A DNA stretch of 64,000 nt, from contig CAWDEF010000001.1 of the NCBI GenBank assembly GCA_963801275.1, positions 1,007,481 to 1,071,480 on the forward strand, read 5' to 3'. Positions 8,905 to 18,980 of this stretch are shown here, one piece after another (within the stretch, counting starts at the first letter, position 1; the number at the start of each line of letters is the position of its first letter). Source of the stretch: an uncultured Acidobacteriota bacterium (GTDB lineage Bacteria; Acidobacteriota; Thermoanaerobaculia; UBA5066; Gp7-AA6). The position numbers and the translations under genes are program-made. The notes under the pieces are model-generated. The model worked only from the letters and a program-made list of their open reading frames with translations, had not been told where the DNA came from and ran no database searches.

Positions 8905-9755
8905 TGGCGGCGGGCCTGCAATCCCGGCGAACCGTCGGGCGGCTGCTCCGGTGGGCGACCCTGCTCGGGATCGCGGGGCTGCTCGCCTTCCCCTTCTACT
9001 GGATGCTCATCACGAGCTTCAAGAAGACGCGAGACCTGTACGACCTCAAGAACAACCCGTTCGTGTTCAACGAACCGCCCACTCTCGAGCACTTGAGGCT
9101 GCTCTTTCGCGAGACCCTCTTTCTCCGATGGCTCGGCAACACCGCGTTTGCCGGGCTGCTCGTCGTCGTCATCACGCTGCTCTTCGCCGTCCCGGCGGCC
9201 TACGCCCTGGCGCGCCTGACGGGCCAGTGGGGCACCCGCCTCGGAATCGGAATCTTCCTGACCTACCTCATCCCTCCCAGCCTTCTCTTCATTCCCCTCT
9301 CACGCATCGTGGCCTGGCTCGGGCTTCAGGACACGCTCTGGGCGATCATCGTCGTCTACCCGAGCTTCACGATCCCCTTCTCGACGTGGCTTCTGATGGG
9401 ATTCTTCAAGTCCATCCCGCTCGAGCTCGAGGACGCCGCGATGGTGGACGGTCTGACCCGTTTCCAGGCCTTCCGGAAGCTCGTGATCCCGATTTCGATC
9501 TCCGGGATCCTGACCGTCGTGATCTTCACCTTTACCCTGGTGACCCAGGAGTTCGTCTATGCGCTGACCTTCATTTCCTCCGCATCCCACCAGACCGTCG
9601 GGGTCGGCGTGCCCATCTACCTGGTGCGGGGAGACGTCTACTACTGGGGGTCCCTGATGGCGGCGTGCCTGATCGCGAGCCTGCCGATCGGAATCGTGTA
9701 CAACCTCTTCCTCGACCGCTTTATCGCCGGCTTCACGTTCGGCTCGGTCAAGTGA
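8904..9755 (+). CDS. Carbohydrate ABC transporter permease (MalG/UgpE-like)
   Basis: ATG at 8904 overlapping previous stop (ATGA); MAAGLQSRRTVGRLLRWATLLGIAGLLAFPFYWMLITSFK typical of MalG-type N-terminus; ORF track shows longer spurious N-extension. Confidence 0.85.
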   Translation: MAAGLQSRRTVGRLLRWATLLGIAGLLAFPFYWMLITSFKKTRDLYDLKNNPFVFNEPPTLEHLRLLFRETLFLRWLGNTAFAGLLVVVITLLFAVPAAYALARLTGQWGTRLGIGIFLTYLIPPSLLFIPLSRIVAWLGLQDTLWAIIVVYPSFTIPFSTWLLMGFFKSIPLELEDAAMVDGLTRFQAFRKLVIPISISGILTVVIFTFTLVTQEFVYALTFISSASHQTVGVGVPIYLVRGDVYYWGSLMAACLIASLPIGIVYNLFLDRFIAGFTFGSVK

Positions 9756-9986
9756 AGGGTCGGGAGGAGCAGTGTTAAGATCCGACGAAGCGACCGAGAC
9801 GGAAATGGCGAACGGACGGAAACCGGGATCGCTCTCCACACCTGCGCGACCGCAGAGGGCCGGGCGGCGATTCCCCGGGCGGCCGGGAGGCCGCCAGCCG
9901 CCATGACTGGCGACGACAAGCGCTCCGCCGAGCACGGCGCATTGCGGCGGCGGCGTCCTTCCCTTCGAAGAGAAAGGAGTTACGAG

Positions 9987-11219
9987 ATGAGGTCAATGGT
10001 TCGCTCAACGGTCGTCGCGGCGTGCGCCGTCCTCTGGGCGGCGACGGCCTTGGCCCAGTCGACCGTCAATATCGGATCGGGCTCGACCCTGACGTTCAAG
10101 GGATTCATCAGCGCCACCGCCTTCGCTCAGGACCAGAGCTTCACGTTCGGCAACGGCCAGAACGCGGAGTTCCCCGTTCCGGGCCAGTGCCAGGTCGATT
10201 GCTGGTTCGGCGGCGGCGACATTCGCAACACCCGGCTCACACTGGTCTTCAGCGGGCCCAAGGTGGTGGGCGATTGGAAGGTCGGCGGCACCGTCGAAAT
10301 GGACTTCTTCGGCGGGTTCGGCAGCTCGACCAACAGCGCGTTCGTCGACCAGCAGCCGGTTCCCCGGCTGCGCCTGGGTTACATCGAATTCGGCAACGGC
10401 AGCACCACGATCCGAATGGGCCAGCAATGGTCTCCCCTCTTCGGCAACGTGGCCGTCTCGCTTTCCCACATCGCCTTCCCGCTCGGATATGGGGCCGCGG
10501 GCGACGTCGGATGGCGCTTTCCGGGCATCTTCCTTTACCAGAACATCACCCCCAAGGACTCGGCCGTCAAGGCGGACGCGGCCTTCGCCGTCATGAGCGG
10601 ATCGTGGAACGGCCCCGCCTGCAACACGACGACCAACTGCGTCAACTATCTGACGGCCGGCAATGCGACCTGGCCCCAGTTCGAGGCGCGGTTCAATCTG
10701 GGAGGCAAGATCGGCGACAGCAGCACGTGGAGCACGTACATCGTCGGGCACATCGACGCGAAGGACACCTCCGGGGTGGGCGCCTCCACACCGGACGACA
10801 AGCTCGTCGGCTCGGCCGTCGAGATCGGCGCCAAGTTTCAGTTCGGACCGGTGATGCTGCAGGGCAACGCGTACACCGGCCATGCGATCGGTCAACAGTT
10901 CGCCGCGATCACCCAGTTCGGCAAGATCCAGAGCACCGGAGGCTGGGTGCAGGCCGGCTTCGACTTCACGAAGAATTGGGCGCTCTTCGCCTTCTGGGGA
11001 GAGGACGACCCGAAGAACAACGATGTGGCGACCGCCGTCGGAAACAACGGCCGCGTTCTCAACACCATGTACGCGGGCATGCTTCGCTGGAGGTCGGGAC
11101 CGCTCGCGTTCGGCCTCGAGTACATGTACGACCGTTTGACGACCCTGACGCCGGATCTGGTGACGACCACGAAGACGAACGGCCACCAGCTCGCCCTCTC
11201 GGGTCTCTACAACTTCTAG
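9987..11219 (+). CDS. Outer-membrane beta-barrel porin-like protein
   Basis: ATG at 9987 with AAGGAG SD; signal peptide MRSMVRSTVVAACAVLWAATALAQ; alternating amphipathic strands; C-terminal ...SGLYNF aromatic terminus. Confidence 0.55.
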   Translation: MRSMVRSTVVAACAVLWAATALAQSTVNIGSGSTLTFKGFISATAFAQDQSFTFGNGQNAEFPVPGQCQVDCWFGGGDIRNTRLTLVFSGPKVVGDWKVGGTVEMDFFGGFGSSTNSAFVDQQPVPRLRLGYIEFGNGSTTIRMGQQWSPLFGNVAVSLSHIAFPLGYGAAGDVGWRFPGIFLYQNITPKDSAVKADAAFAVMSGSWNGPACNTTTNCVNYLTAGNATWPQFEARFNLGGKIGDSSTWSTYIVGHIDAKDTSGVGASTPDDKLVGSAVEIGAKFQFGPVMLQGNAYTGHAIGQQFAAITQFGKIQSTGGWVQAGFDFTKNWALFAFWGEDDPKNNDVATAVGNNGRVLNTMYAGMLRWRSGPLAFGLEYMYDRLTTLTPDLVTTTKTNGHQLALSGLYNF

Positions 11220-11276
11220 GAGCCGGCTCCGCCGGATTCCATGGGCGGGGACCTCGGGTCCCCGCCCATTTGCTTT

Positions 11277-13190
11277 TCAGCGGCGGGGACCGCGCACCTC
11301 GGCCCGCATCGCTTCCCAGGCCTGACGGGCCTCCTCGACGGATCCCTCGTCCTCGATCGTCGTGATGTCCCCGGGCTCCTGATCGAGGGTGACGGCCTTC
11401 AGAACCCGCCGCATGATCTTGCCGCTCCGGGTCTTCGGCAGGGAATTGACGAAGTTCAGGTCTCCGATCACCGCCACCGGGCCGAGCTCCCGACGCACGG
11501 TTTCGAGCAGATCCTGCCGGAGTCCGTCGTTGGGCACGTGCCCCTGCTTCAAGACGACGAACGCGGAGATCACCTCGCCCCGAAGCGGGTCGGGGCGGCC
11601 CGTGACTCCGGCCTCCGCGACCGAAGAGTGCTTGAGGCAGGCCGTTTCGACTTCGATCGTGCCGATGCGGTGTCCGGCAATCTTGATGATCTCGTCGGCG
11701 CGGCCCGCGAACCAGACGTAGCCGTCCTCGTCGATGTGCGCCGAGTCGCCGGTCGAATACACTCCGCGGACTTTCTCCCAGTAGTCTCGGCCGTACCGCT
11801 CGGGCTCGCCCCAGAGCGTCGGCGTCAGACCCGGGAAGGGCCGCCGGATCACCATGATGCCCTTTTCGCCGGCGCCGCAGGGCGTGCCGTCCGGAGCCAC
11901 GATGCCGCACTCGATGCCCGGAAGAGGAATGCAGGAGGAGCCGGGCTTGATCGGGAGCATTCCCAGGCCGTAGGGATTCCCGAAAACGGGCCCGGAGGTT
12001 TCCGTCTGCCACATGTGGTCGATCACCGGAACGTGATCGAGAAAGACGCGCTTCTGCAGCCACTCCCATGCGGGCGCGTTCAAGACCTCTCCGGCGCAGA
12101 AGACGCGCTCGAGAGACGAGAGGTCGTGCTTGTGCGCGTGCGCCTCGCCGTAGCGCATCAGGAGGCGAACGGCCGTGGGGGACGTGAAAATGCCGGTCAC
12201 CCCGAACTCTTCGACGATCTTCCAGACCGTCTCCGGATCGGGATAGTCGATCGACCCCTCGTAGGCGAGTGTCGTGCACCCTGCGAGCAGCGGAGCGTAA
12301 ACGATGTAGCTGTGGCCGACGATCCAACCGATGTCGGACGTCGACCACCAGACGTCGTTGGGCTTCAGGCCGAAGCACCAGTGGCCCATCGACGCGATGT
12401 GGACCTGGTAGCCGCCGTGCATGTGCACGGCGAGCTTCGGCTTGGCCGTCGTCCCCGACGTGGCAAGAATGAACGCCGGCTCGTTCGACTCGAGGGCCAC
12501 ATTTGCGCCGCTCTGCCCGTGCGCCCTCTCGAGAAAGTCGCTCCACGCGAGGTCTCGCCCGGCGGTCATCGGCGCGCCCTGCTTCGTGCGGCTCGCCACG
12601 ACCACATGCTCCACGGCGTGGCCGCCGGCCGAAAGCGACTGGTCGACGATTTCTTTGAGGCGCACGTCTTTGCCCTTGCGGTAGGTGACGTCGGTGGTGA
12701 AGATCAGGCGCGAGCCGCTCGCCCGGACGCGGTCTCCCAGGGCCCCCGAACCGAATCCCGCGAAGACGACGACGTGGATGGCGCCGATCCGGGCGGCGGC
12801 GAGCATGAGCACAATCGCCTCGGGAAACGTCGGCATGTAGATGGTGATCCGGTCCCCCTTGTCGATGCCCATTCCGCGCAGCGCGGCGGCGACGCGCACG
12901 ACCTCATGGGTGAGCTGGGCGTACGTGAAGAGTCGCCGCTCTCCCCTCTCGTTCAGGCTGACGAGCGCCGTGTGCCCGCCCCTGCCCCGCTCGAGGTGGT
13001 GATCGAGGCAGTTCCAGGCCATGTTGGTTTCGCCGCCGACAAACCAACGGAAGGTCGGCGGCTCCCACTCGAAGGGACTCGTCCAGGGCTTTGACCAGGG
13101 AACTCTCGAAGCGGCCTTCGCCCAAAAGGCCTCGGGGTCTGCCGACGCGGCGTCGAGCAGACGGCGCACCAAGGGATTGATCAGCTCCAT
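11277..13190 (-). CDS. acs: Acetyl-CoA synthetase (AMP-forming acetate--CoA ligase)
   Basis: 637 aa; AMP-binding motifs (TSGTTAKPK, YGQTE-like WQTETSG, GRADEIIKIAGHRIGTIEVE, lysine PKTRSGKIMRR at C-term). Confidence 0.9.
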   Translation of the reverse strand: MELINPLVRRLLDAASADPEAFWAKAASRVPWSKPWTSPFEWEPPTFRWFVGGETNMAWNCLDHHLERGRGGHTALVSLNERGERRLFTYAQLTHEVVRVAAALRGMGIDKGDRITIYMPTFPEAIVLMLAAARIGAIHVVVFAGFGSGALGDRVRASGSRLIFTTDVTYRKGKDVRLKEIVDQSLSAGGHAVEHVVVASRTKQGAPMTAGRDLAWSDFLERAHGQSGANVALESNEPAFILATSGTTAKPKLAVHMHGGYQVHIASMGHWCFGLKPNDVWWSTSDIGWIVGHSYIVYAPLLAGCTTLAYEGSIDYPDPETVWKIVEEFGVTGIFTSPTAVRLLMRYGEAHAHKHDLSSLERVFCAGEVLNAPAWEWLQKRVFLDHVPVIDHMWQTETSGPVFGNPYGLGMLPIKPGSSCIPLPGIECGIVAPDGTPCGAGEKGIMVIRRPFPGLTPTLWGEPERYGRDYWEKVRGVYSTGDSAHIDEDGYVWFAGRADEIIKIAGHRIGTIEVETACLKHSSVAEAGVTGRPDPLRGEVISAFVVLKQGHVPNDGLRQDLLETVRRELGPVAVIGDLNFVNSLPKTRSGKIMRRVLKAVTLDQEPGDITTIEDEGSVEEARQAWEAMRAEVRGPRR

Positions 13191-13310
13191 GACGACACCT
13201 CCGCAATGGGCCTCACTCTACGTCTGCGACCAGCGGGTGCTCTGGTGCATTTGCATCTGTCCGGGCGCCCGGCGGGCCCGGGGGAACGCGCCGCCTGCTA
13301 GCATCTGGCC

Positions 13311-14159
13311 GTGGAGCCGATCGAAAGGGTCCGCGTTCGCGCCCTCGAGGGCTCGACCGAGGTCGAACGCACCGACACGCTCGCCGTCGAGGAACCGCTG
13401 GAGATCCGAATCCAGGGACCCGGGGACCCGTCGGCGACGAGCTTCGTGACCACCATGAGGACCCCGGGCCACGACGAGGAGCTGACCGCGGGACTCCTCC
13501 TGGCCGAGGGAGTCCTGACCGGCCGCCCGGACCTCCTCGCTCTCGACCGGCCCGCCGATGCCCGCCTGTCGGCGGACCTGCGAGCAAACGTTCTCATCGC
13601 CCGGCTGCGCGCCGAGGCCTTCCTCCGAGCCGGACAGTTGAGCCGCGCCACCGTCCGGGGCTCCGCCTGCGGCGTGTGCGGCAAGACCTCGATCGAAAGA
13701 GTGCTCCCCGTCGACTCTCCTCCCCTCCTCTCCGACGGGCGGGTTTCCGCCGAGCTCTTGTACGCGCTTCCCGGCAGGTTGCGGGACCGTCAGTCGATCT
13801 TCTCCAAGACCGGCGGGCTCCATGCCGCGGCGCTCTTTCGGGCCGACGGGAGCGCCGAGGCGCTCCGGGAGGACATCGGGAGGCACAACGCAACCGACAA
13901 GGTCGTCGGCCACTTCCTCCTCGCGGGACAGGTGCCCGTCGGTCATTCCATTTTGATGGTCTCGGGACGCGCGGGCTTCGAGATCGTTCAAAAAGCGTAC
14001 AACGCGGGGATCCCGATCGTGGCCGCGGTCTCGGCACCGTCGAGCCTGGCCGTCGAGCTCGCGGATACGGCCGGGATCACGTTGATCGGCTTTCTCAGAG
14101 ATCGCCGGTTCAACGTCTATACCCACCCGAAAAGAGTCGCCGGAGGGCAGTCGGCCTGA
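13311..14159 (+). CDS. fdhD: Formate dehydrogenase accessory sulfurtransferase FdhD
   Basis: 282 aa; EEPLEIRIQG..., conserved SACGVCGK cysteine motif, GGLHAAALF. Confidence 0.85.
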   Translation: MEPIERVRVRALEGSTEVERTDTLAVEEPLEIRIQGPGDPSATSFVTTMRTPGHDEELTAGLLLAEGVLTGRPDLLALDRPADARLSADLRANVLIARLRAEAFLRAGQLSRATVRGSACGVCGKTSIERVLPVDSPPLLSDGRVSAELLYALPGRLRDRQSIFSKTGGLHAAALFRADGSAEALREDIGRHNATDKVVGHFLLAGQVPVGHSILMVSGRAGFEIVQKAYNAGIPIVAAVSAPSSLAVELADTAGITLIGFLRDRRFNVYTHPKRVAGGQSA

Positions 14160-14233
14160 GGCGTGTCGGAGGCCGTCGGCCGACCGGACGCCGGAACGAA
14201 TATCGCAATCCTGTATACGTCCGCATTTCCCGC

Positions 14234-14262
14234 TTGACAACCCTGGTCGAAAGTTCTGGAAT
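14234..14262 (+). promoter_or_regulatory. Candidate sigma-70 promoter for fdnGHI (TTGACA-N17-TGGAAT)
   Basis: TTGACA at 14234-14239, 17-nt spacer, TGGAAT at 14257-14262, about 24 nt upstream of GAGGAGG SD and ATG 14286. Confidence 0.3.
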
Positions 14263-14285
14263 GGGATCGCTTTCGAGGAGGTCCC

Positions 14286-17200
14286 ATGCAGATCTCTCGC
14301 CGCGGGTTCCTCAAGGCAACGGGCGTCGGAACCACGATCGCCCTCGGTTTCGACGTCTCCCCTGCCGAAGCGGAGATGCGCGAGTTCAAGATCTCGCGCA
14401 CGACCGAAACGCGAAGTACCTGTCCCTACTGCGCGGTCTCGTGCGGAATGATCATCCACACGCTCGGAGACAAGGCCAAGAACGCCACACCCGCAGTGGT
14501 CTACGTCGAGGGCGATCCGGATCACCCCATCAACCGCGGCACCCTCTGTCCCAAGGGAGCCACCGTCAAGGACGACATCAACAACCCGGACCGGCTGACG
14601 AAGCCCCAGGTCCGGCGCCCGGGCTCCGACAAGTGGGAGGACATCAGCTGGGACGAGGCCATCGCCAAGATTGCGCGGCACGTCAAGGACACGCGGGACA
14701 AGAACTTCGTCGCCAAGAACGCCAAGGGCCAGGTCGTCAACCGCAATCCGGGCATGGCCATGATCGGCGGCTGCACGGACACGACCGAGTTCAACTTCCT
14801 GTACTGGAAATCCGCCTCGGCCTGGGGGGTGCCGTACCGGGATACCCAGGCCCGGGTTTGACACGGCCCCACGGTGGCCAGTTTGGCCGCCACGTTCGGC
14901 AGGGGGGCGATGACCAACGGATGGGTCGACATCAAGAATGCCGACGTCGTCCTGTGCATGGGGGGCAACCCCGCGGAGAACCACCCCTGCGGATTCAAGT
15001 GGGCCATCGAGGCGAAGAAGACCCGTAACGCGAAGATCGTCGCGGTCGACCCGCGATTCACACGGACGGCGGCCGTTGCGGACCTCTATTCGCCGATTCG
15101 CAGCGGTACCGACATCGCCTACCTCCACGGCATCATCCGCTACGCGATCGCCAACAACCGGTTCCACGAGGAGTATGTCAAGCTCTTCACAAACGGCCCG
15201 ATGCTCATCAACCCGGACTTCAAGTTCGAGGAGGGCCTGTTCTCGGGGTTCGACGAAGCCGCAGGCAGCTACAAGCGCGACACCTGGGCCTACCAGATCG
15301 ATCCGAAGACCGGATACGCGAAGACCGACCCGACGCTCCAGGATCCCAATTGCGTCTTCCAGCTCTTGAAGAAGCACGTCGACCGGTACACGCCGGAAAT
15401 GGTCGAGAAGATCTGCGGCACTCCCAAGGAGACGTTCCTGAAGGTCGCCGAGGTCGTGACGTCGACCGGAAATGCCGCACGCTGCGGCACGATCATGTAC
15501 GCCCTCGGCTGGACGCAGCACTCGATCGGCGTCCAGATGATCCGTACCGCCGCCATGATGCAGCTGCTGCTCGGCAACGTCGGCAGACCCGGAGGCGGCG
15601 TCAATGCGCTGAGGGGGCACTCCAACATCCAGGGAGCGACCGACACGGCGGGCGTCTTCGACATCCTGCCGGGATACATCAAGACGCCGCAGGCCCAGTG
15701 GCAGAGCCTCAAGGAATACGTCGACTCCAACACCCCGAAGGCTCTCGGCCCCTCCATGAACTACTGGCAGAACTACTCGAAGTTCATGGTTTCGACGCTG
15801 AAGGCGTGCTACGGGAAGGCGGCCACGAAAGAGAACGAATTCGGCTACAACTGGCTTCCCAAGGTCGATGGCAACTACTCCTGGATGTTCATCTTCGACG
15901 ACATGTACCGGGGCAACTCGCAGCGGGCGGGCGGACAGGAGCCCGGTCCCGAGGGCCTCATGACCTTCGGAATGAACCCGGTCGGAATCGGTCCGAACTC
16001 GCCGAAAATGATCGCCGCTCAAGCCAAGCTCAAGTGGCTGGTGGTCGTCGAGAACCACGAGATCGAAAGCGCCAACTTCTGGAAGGCCCCCAAGGAGTAC
16101 GGAGGCCCCGACCCCTCGCAGATCCAGACCGAGGTCTTCCAGCTGCCAGCGGCCAATTTTGCCGAGAAGGACGGCTCCTTCACCAATTCCGCGCGCTGGA
16201 TCCAGTGGAAGTGGAAGGCCGTGGACCCGCCCGGCCAGGCCAAGACGGACCAGGAGATCCTGGCCCGGATCTTTCTCGCCGTCCGAGAGCTCTATCGGAA
16301 GGAGGGCGGAGCGTTACCCGAGGCCATCCTGAACGTCGACTGGAGCTACACCAACCCCGCCGCGCCAGACCTCACCGAGGTCCTCAAGGAGCTCAACGGT
16401 AAGGCCCTGGCCGACATCCCGGATCCGAAGGACAAGACGAAGGTGCTCAAGACCGCGGGCCAGCAGCTCGACGGCTTCGGGCAGCTCCAGGACGACGGCT
16501 CGACGATGGTCGGCAACTGGTTGATGTCGGGCTGCTACACAGAGGCCGGTAACCTCACTCAGCGCCGCGTTTCGGTCGACGATCCGAGCGGCCTCGGTAT
16601 GTACCACAACTGGACCTTCTCCTGGCCGGCCAACCGCCGCGTCATGTACAACCGCGCCTCGGCCGATGCCGAAGGCAAGCCCTGGGATCCCACCCGCGTC
16701 GGAATTCGCTGGAACGGCTCGAAGTGGGTCGGAGACGTTCCCGACATGAAACCGGACGCTCCTCCGGGGACGTTCGGAGCTTTCATCATGCTGCCGGAGG
16801 GGAGCGCGCGCCTGTTCGCCCCCTTGAACGACGGTCCCTTCCCGGAGCATTACGAGGCCGTCGAAGCCCCGGTCGAGAACATCCTGCATCCCAAGGTGAC
16901 GTCCAACCCGGTCACGAAGAAGTTCAAGTCCAACAAGGACGTCTACGGGACGGCCGCCGACTTCCCCATCGTCTGCATGACGTACCGGCTGACCGAGATG
17001 TACCACTACTGGACGAAGAACATCAATCGCCTCAACCAGCTGCAGCCGGGCTTCTTCATCGAGATCCCCGAGGCCCTGGCCAAGGAGAAGGGCATCGTCA
17101 ACGGTGGGAAGGCGAAGGTCACGTCGGCCCGCGGCTCGATCGAAGGCGTCGCGATGGTCACCAAGCGCCTGCTTCCGATGCAGATCAACGGCAAGCAGCA

Positions 17201-17351
17201 CTGGCAGATCGGGTTCCCCCTTCACTGGGGATACGACGCCACCGCCGATCATACGGGTCCGCTCGCGAACTTCCTGACGCCCTCCGCAATGGACCCCAAC
17301 ACGTGGACGCCCGAGTACAAGACCTTCCTCGTGAAACTCGAGAAGGCTTGA
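14286..17351 (+). CDS. fdnG: Formate dehydrogenase-N alpha subunit (molybdopterin, TAT-exported) containing in-frame UGA selenocysteine codon at 14859-14861
   Basis: TAT signal MQISRRGFLKATGVGTTIALGF; two same-frame ORFs (14286..14861 and 14874..17351) joined by a single TGA; sequence across the junction ...TQARV-U-HGPTVASLAATFGRGAMTNGW matches the Sec region of E. coli FdnG/FdoG. Confidence 0.9.
14862..14900 (+). promoter_or_regulatory. Candidate bacterial SECIS hairpin immediately 3' of the UGA-Sec codon
   Basis: GTGGC-CAGTTTGGCC-GCCAC stem-loop beginning about 12 nt after the UGA (14874-14893), position typical for SelB-binding SECIS. Confidence 0.55.
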
Positions 17352-17364
17352 GAGGAGGAGCGCG

Positions 17365-18249
17365 ATGAGCACACAAGCCCTCGAAATCCGCCGCTCTTCC
17401 GCTTCGGTTCTCGGCAGCCTCTCGGGGCTGCGCCGGGCGACGACCGTTGCGAAGTACATCGATACGTCGACGTGCATCGGCTGCAAGGCCTGCGAGGTCG
17501 CCTGTCAGGAATGGAACGACCTGAAAATCGTGCCGACAGAGCAGACGGGCAGCTACCAGACGCTGCCGACGTTGCACTCCGACTACTGGAACCTGATCCG
17601 ATTCAACGAGCACGACTTCGACGGCGGGATCGTCTGGCTCATGCGGAAAGACCAGTGCATGCATTGCGACGAGCCGGGGTGTCTCGCCGCCTGCCCCGCG
17701 CCCGGTGCCATCGTGCAGTACGGCAACGGCATCGTGGACGTGAACCCGGACCAATGCATCGGCTGCAAGTACTGCGAAACGGGGTGTCCCTTCGACGTGC
17801 CGCGCTTCTCGGCGACGACCGGGAAGATGTCCAAGTGCACGCTCTGCGTGGACCGGGTCGCGGTGGGTCTCGAGCCGGCCTGCATCAAGGCGTGCCCGAC
17901 CGGGTGCCTCCACTTCGGGACGAAAGACGACATGCTGGCCCTCGGCCAGTCGCGGGTCGCCCAGCTAAAGTCGTACGGGTTCGCCAACGCCTCCCTGTAC
18001 GATCCCCAGGGCGTGGGCGGGACGAGCGTCGTGACGGTGCTCGCTCACGGCGACCACCCCGACTGGTACGACCTGCCGAGCGATCCGCACGTGCCCATCC
18101 TCGTCAAGCTCTGGAAATCCGTCCTGCGACCGCTCGGCGTCGTCGCGGTGTTCGGCGCGGTCGTCGGCGCGTTCGGCCACTACCTGAGCTACGGCAAGAA
18201 GGAGGTTCAGGGGGCGGCCGACGACACCAAGAACCTCCCCCGAGCCTGA
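17365..18249 (+). CDS. fdnH: Formate dehydrogenase-N beta subunit (4Fe-4S ferredoxin-type, membrane anchored)
   Basis: 294 aa; four CxxCxxCxxxCP clusters (CIGCKACEVAC, CMHCDEPGCLAACP, CIGCKYCETGCP, CTLCVDRVAVG...C...CP), C-terminal TM helix. Confidence 0.9.
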   Translation: MSTQALEIRRSSASVLGSLSGLRRATTVAKYIDTSTCIGCKACEVACQEWNDLKIVPTEQTGSYQTLPTLHSDYWNLIRFNEHDFDGGIVWLMRKDQCMHCDEPGCLAACPAPGAIVQYGNGIVDVNPDQCIGCKYCETGCPFDVPRFSATTGKMSKCTLCVDRVAVGLEPACIKACPTGCLHFGTKDDMLALGQSRVAQLKSYGFANASLYDPQGVGGTSVVTVLAHGDHPDWYDLPSDPHVPILVKLWKSVLRPLGVVAVFGAVVGAFGHYLSYGKKEVQGAADDTKNLPRA

Positions 18250-18266
18250 GAAAGGAGATTGGAACC

Positions 18267-18962
18267 ATGAGCGCTGCCAGCCCGCCCCGGTCGCACGCCA
18301 TGGACATGGCCGTGGCCGCGGCTCGAGAACGTGAAGACGTCGTCGTCGGCCATGAGATCGTGCGCTTCCGCCGCTCGGCGCGCGTCATGCACTGGTCCGT
18401 CGCTGTCACGTTCGCCGTTTGCCTGCTGACCGGCATGCCGATCTGGACCCCCGTCTTCGGATGGATGGCGCATCTCTTCGGAGGCCTTTCCGTCTGCCGC
18501 GTCTTACATCCCTGGGCCGGAATCGCTTTTTCGCTCGCGGCCCTGTGGATGTTCGTTCACTGGAGCGGCGAGATGGCCCTGAAAGCGGGCGAGCGCCAGT
18601 GGGCGAGTTGGGGCGGGCTCATGCGCTATCTCCGCTATGAGAGCGACGACTCCGGTATTGGCAAGTACAACCCCGGCCAAAAAATGCTCTTCCGGTGGGC
18701 GTCGCTCGGGGCGCTCGGGTTCCTCGTCTCGGGCCTCGTCATGTGGTTCCCGGGGAGCTTCGGCGCCGTCGTGCGGGTGCTCGCCTACCTGCTCCACGAC
18801 GTGACGTTCATCCTCTTCCTGATGCTCGTCGTCTGGCACGTGTACCTGGGCACCCTGGCCGAGCCCGGGACCTTTCAGGCGATGACGCGAGGGACGGTCA
18901 CCAAGGCCTGGGCGAAGCTGCATCACCCGGCCTGGTACCGGGACGTCACCGGAGAGAAGTAG
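18267..18962 (+). CDS. fdnI: Formate dehydrogenase gamma subunit (cytochrome b556, FdnI)
   Basis: ATG at 18267 with AAAGGAG SD; four TM helices with conserved His residues (HWSVAVTF..., HPWAGIAF, HDVTFILFLMLVVWHVY). Confidence 0.85.
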   Translation: MSAASPPRSHAMDMAVAAAREREDVVVGHEIVRFRRSARVMHWSVAVTFAVCLLTGMPIWTPVFGWMAHLFGGLSVCRVLHPWAGIAFSLAALWMFVHWSGEMALKAGERQWASWGGLMRYLRYESDDSGIGKYNPGQKMLFRWASLGALGFLVSGLVMWFPGSFGAVVRVLAYLLHDVTFILFLMLVVWHVYLGTLAEPGTFQAMTRGTVTKAWAKLHHPAWYRDVTGEK

Positions 18963-18980
18963 ATCCCTTCTCCCGGGGCC

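Noticed and set aside
8349-9755. 468-aa version of the second permease
   Set aside because: Upstream 185 codons overlap the first permease in another frame; the true start is ATG 8904 overlapping the upstream stop
13225-13250. TGGTGCATTTGCA resembling a sigma-54 -24/-12 element in the acs/fdhD divergent region
   Set aside because: GG to GC spacing is 3 nt too short relative to consensus
14859-14861. TGA treated as a genuine stop splitting fdnG into a 191-aa and an 825-aa protein
   Set aside because: Same frame on both sides, homology continuous across the codon, and the position corresponds to the conserved Sec of FdnG; read as selenocysteine
13218-16058. 946-aa minus-strand ORF spanning fdhD/fdnG
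   Set aside because: Antisense artefact; the plus-strand genes have unambiguous FdhD/FdnG motifs
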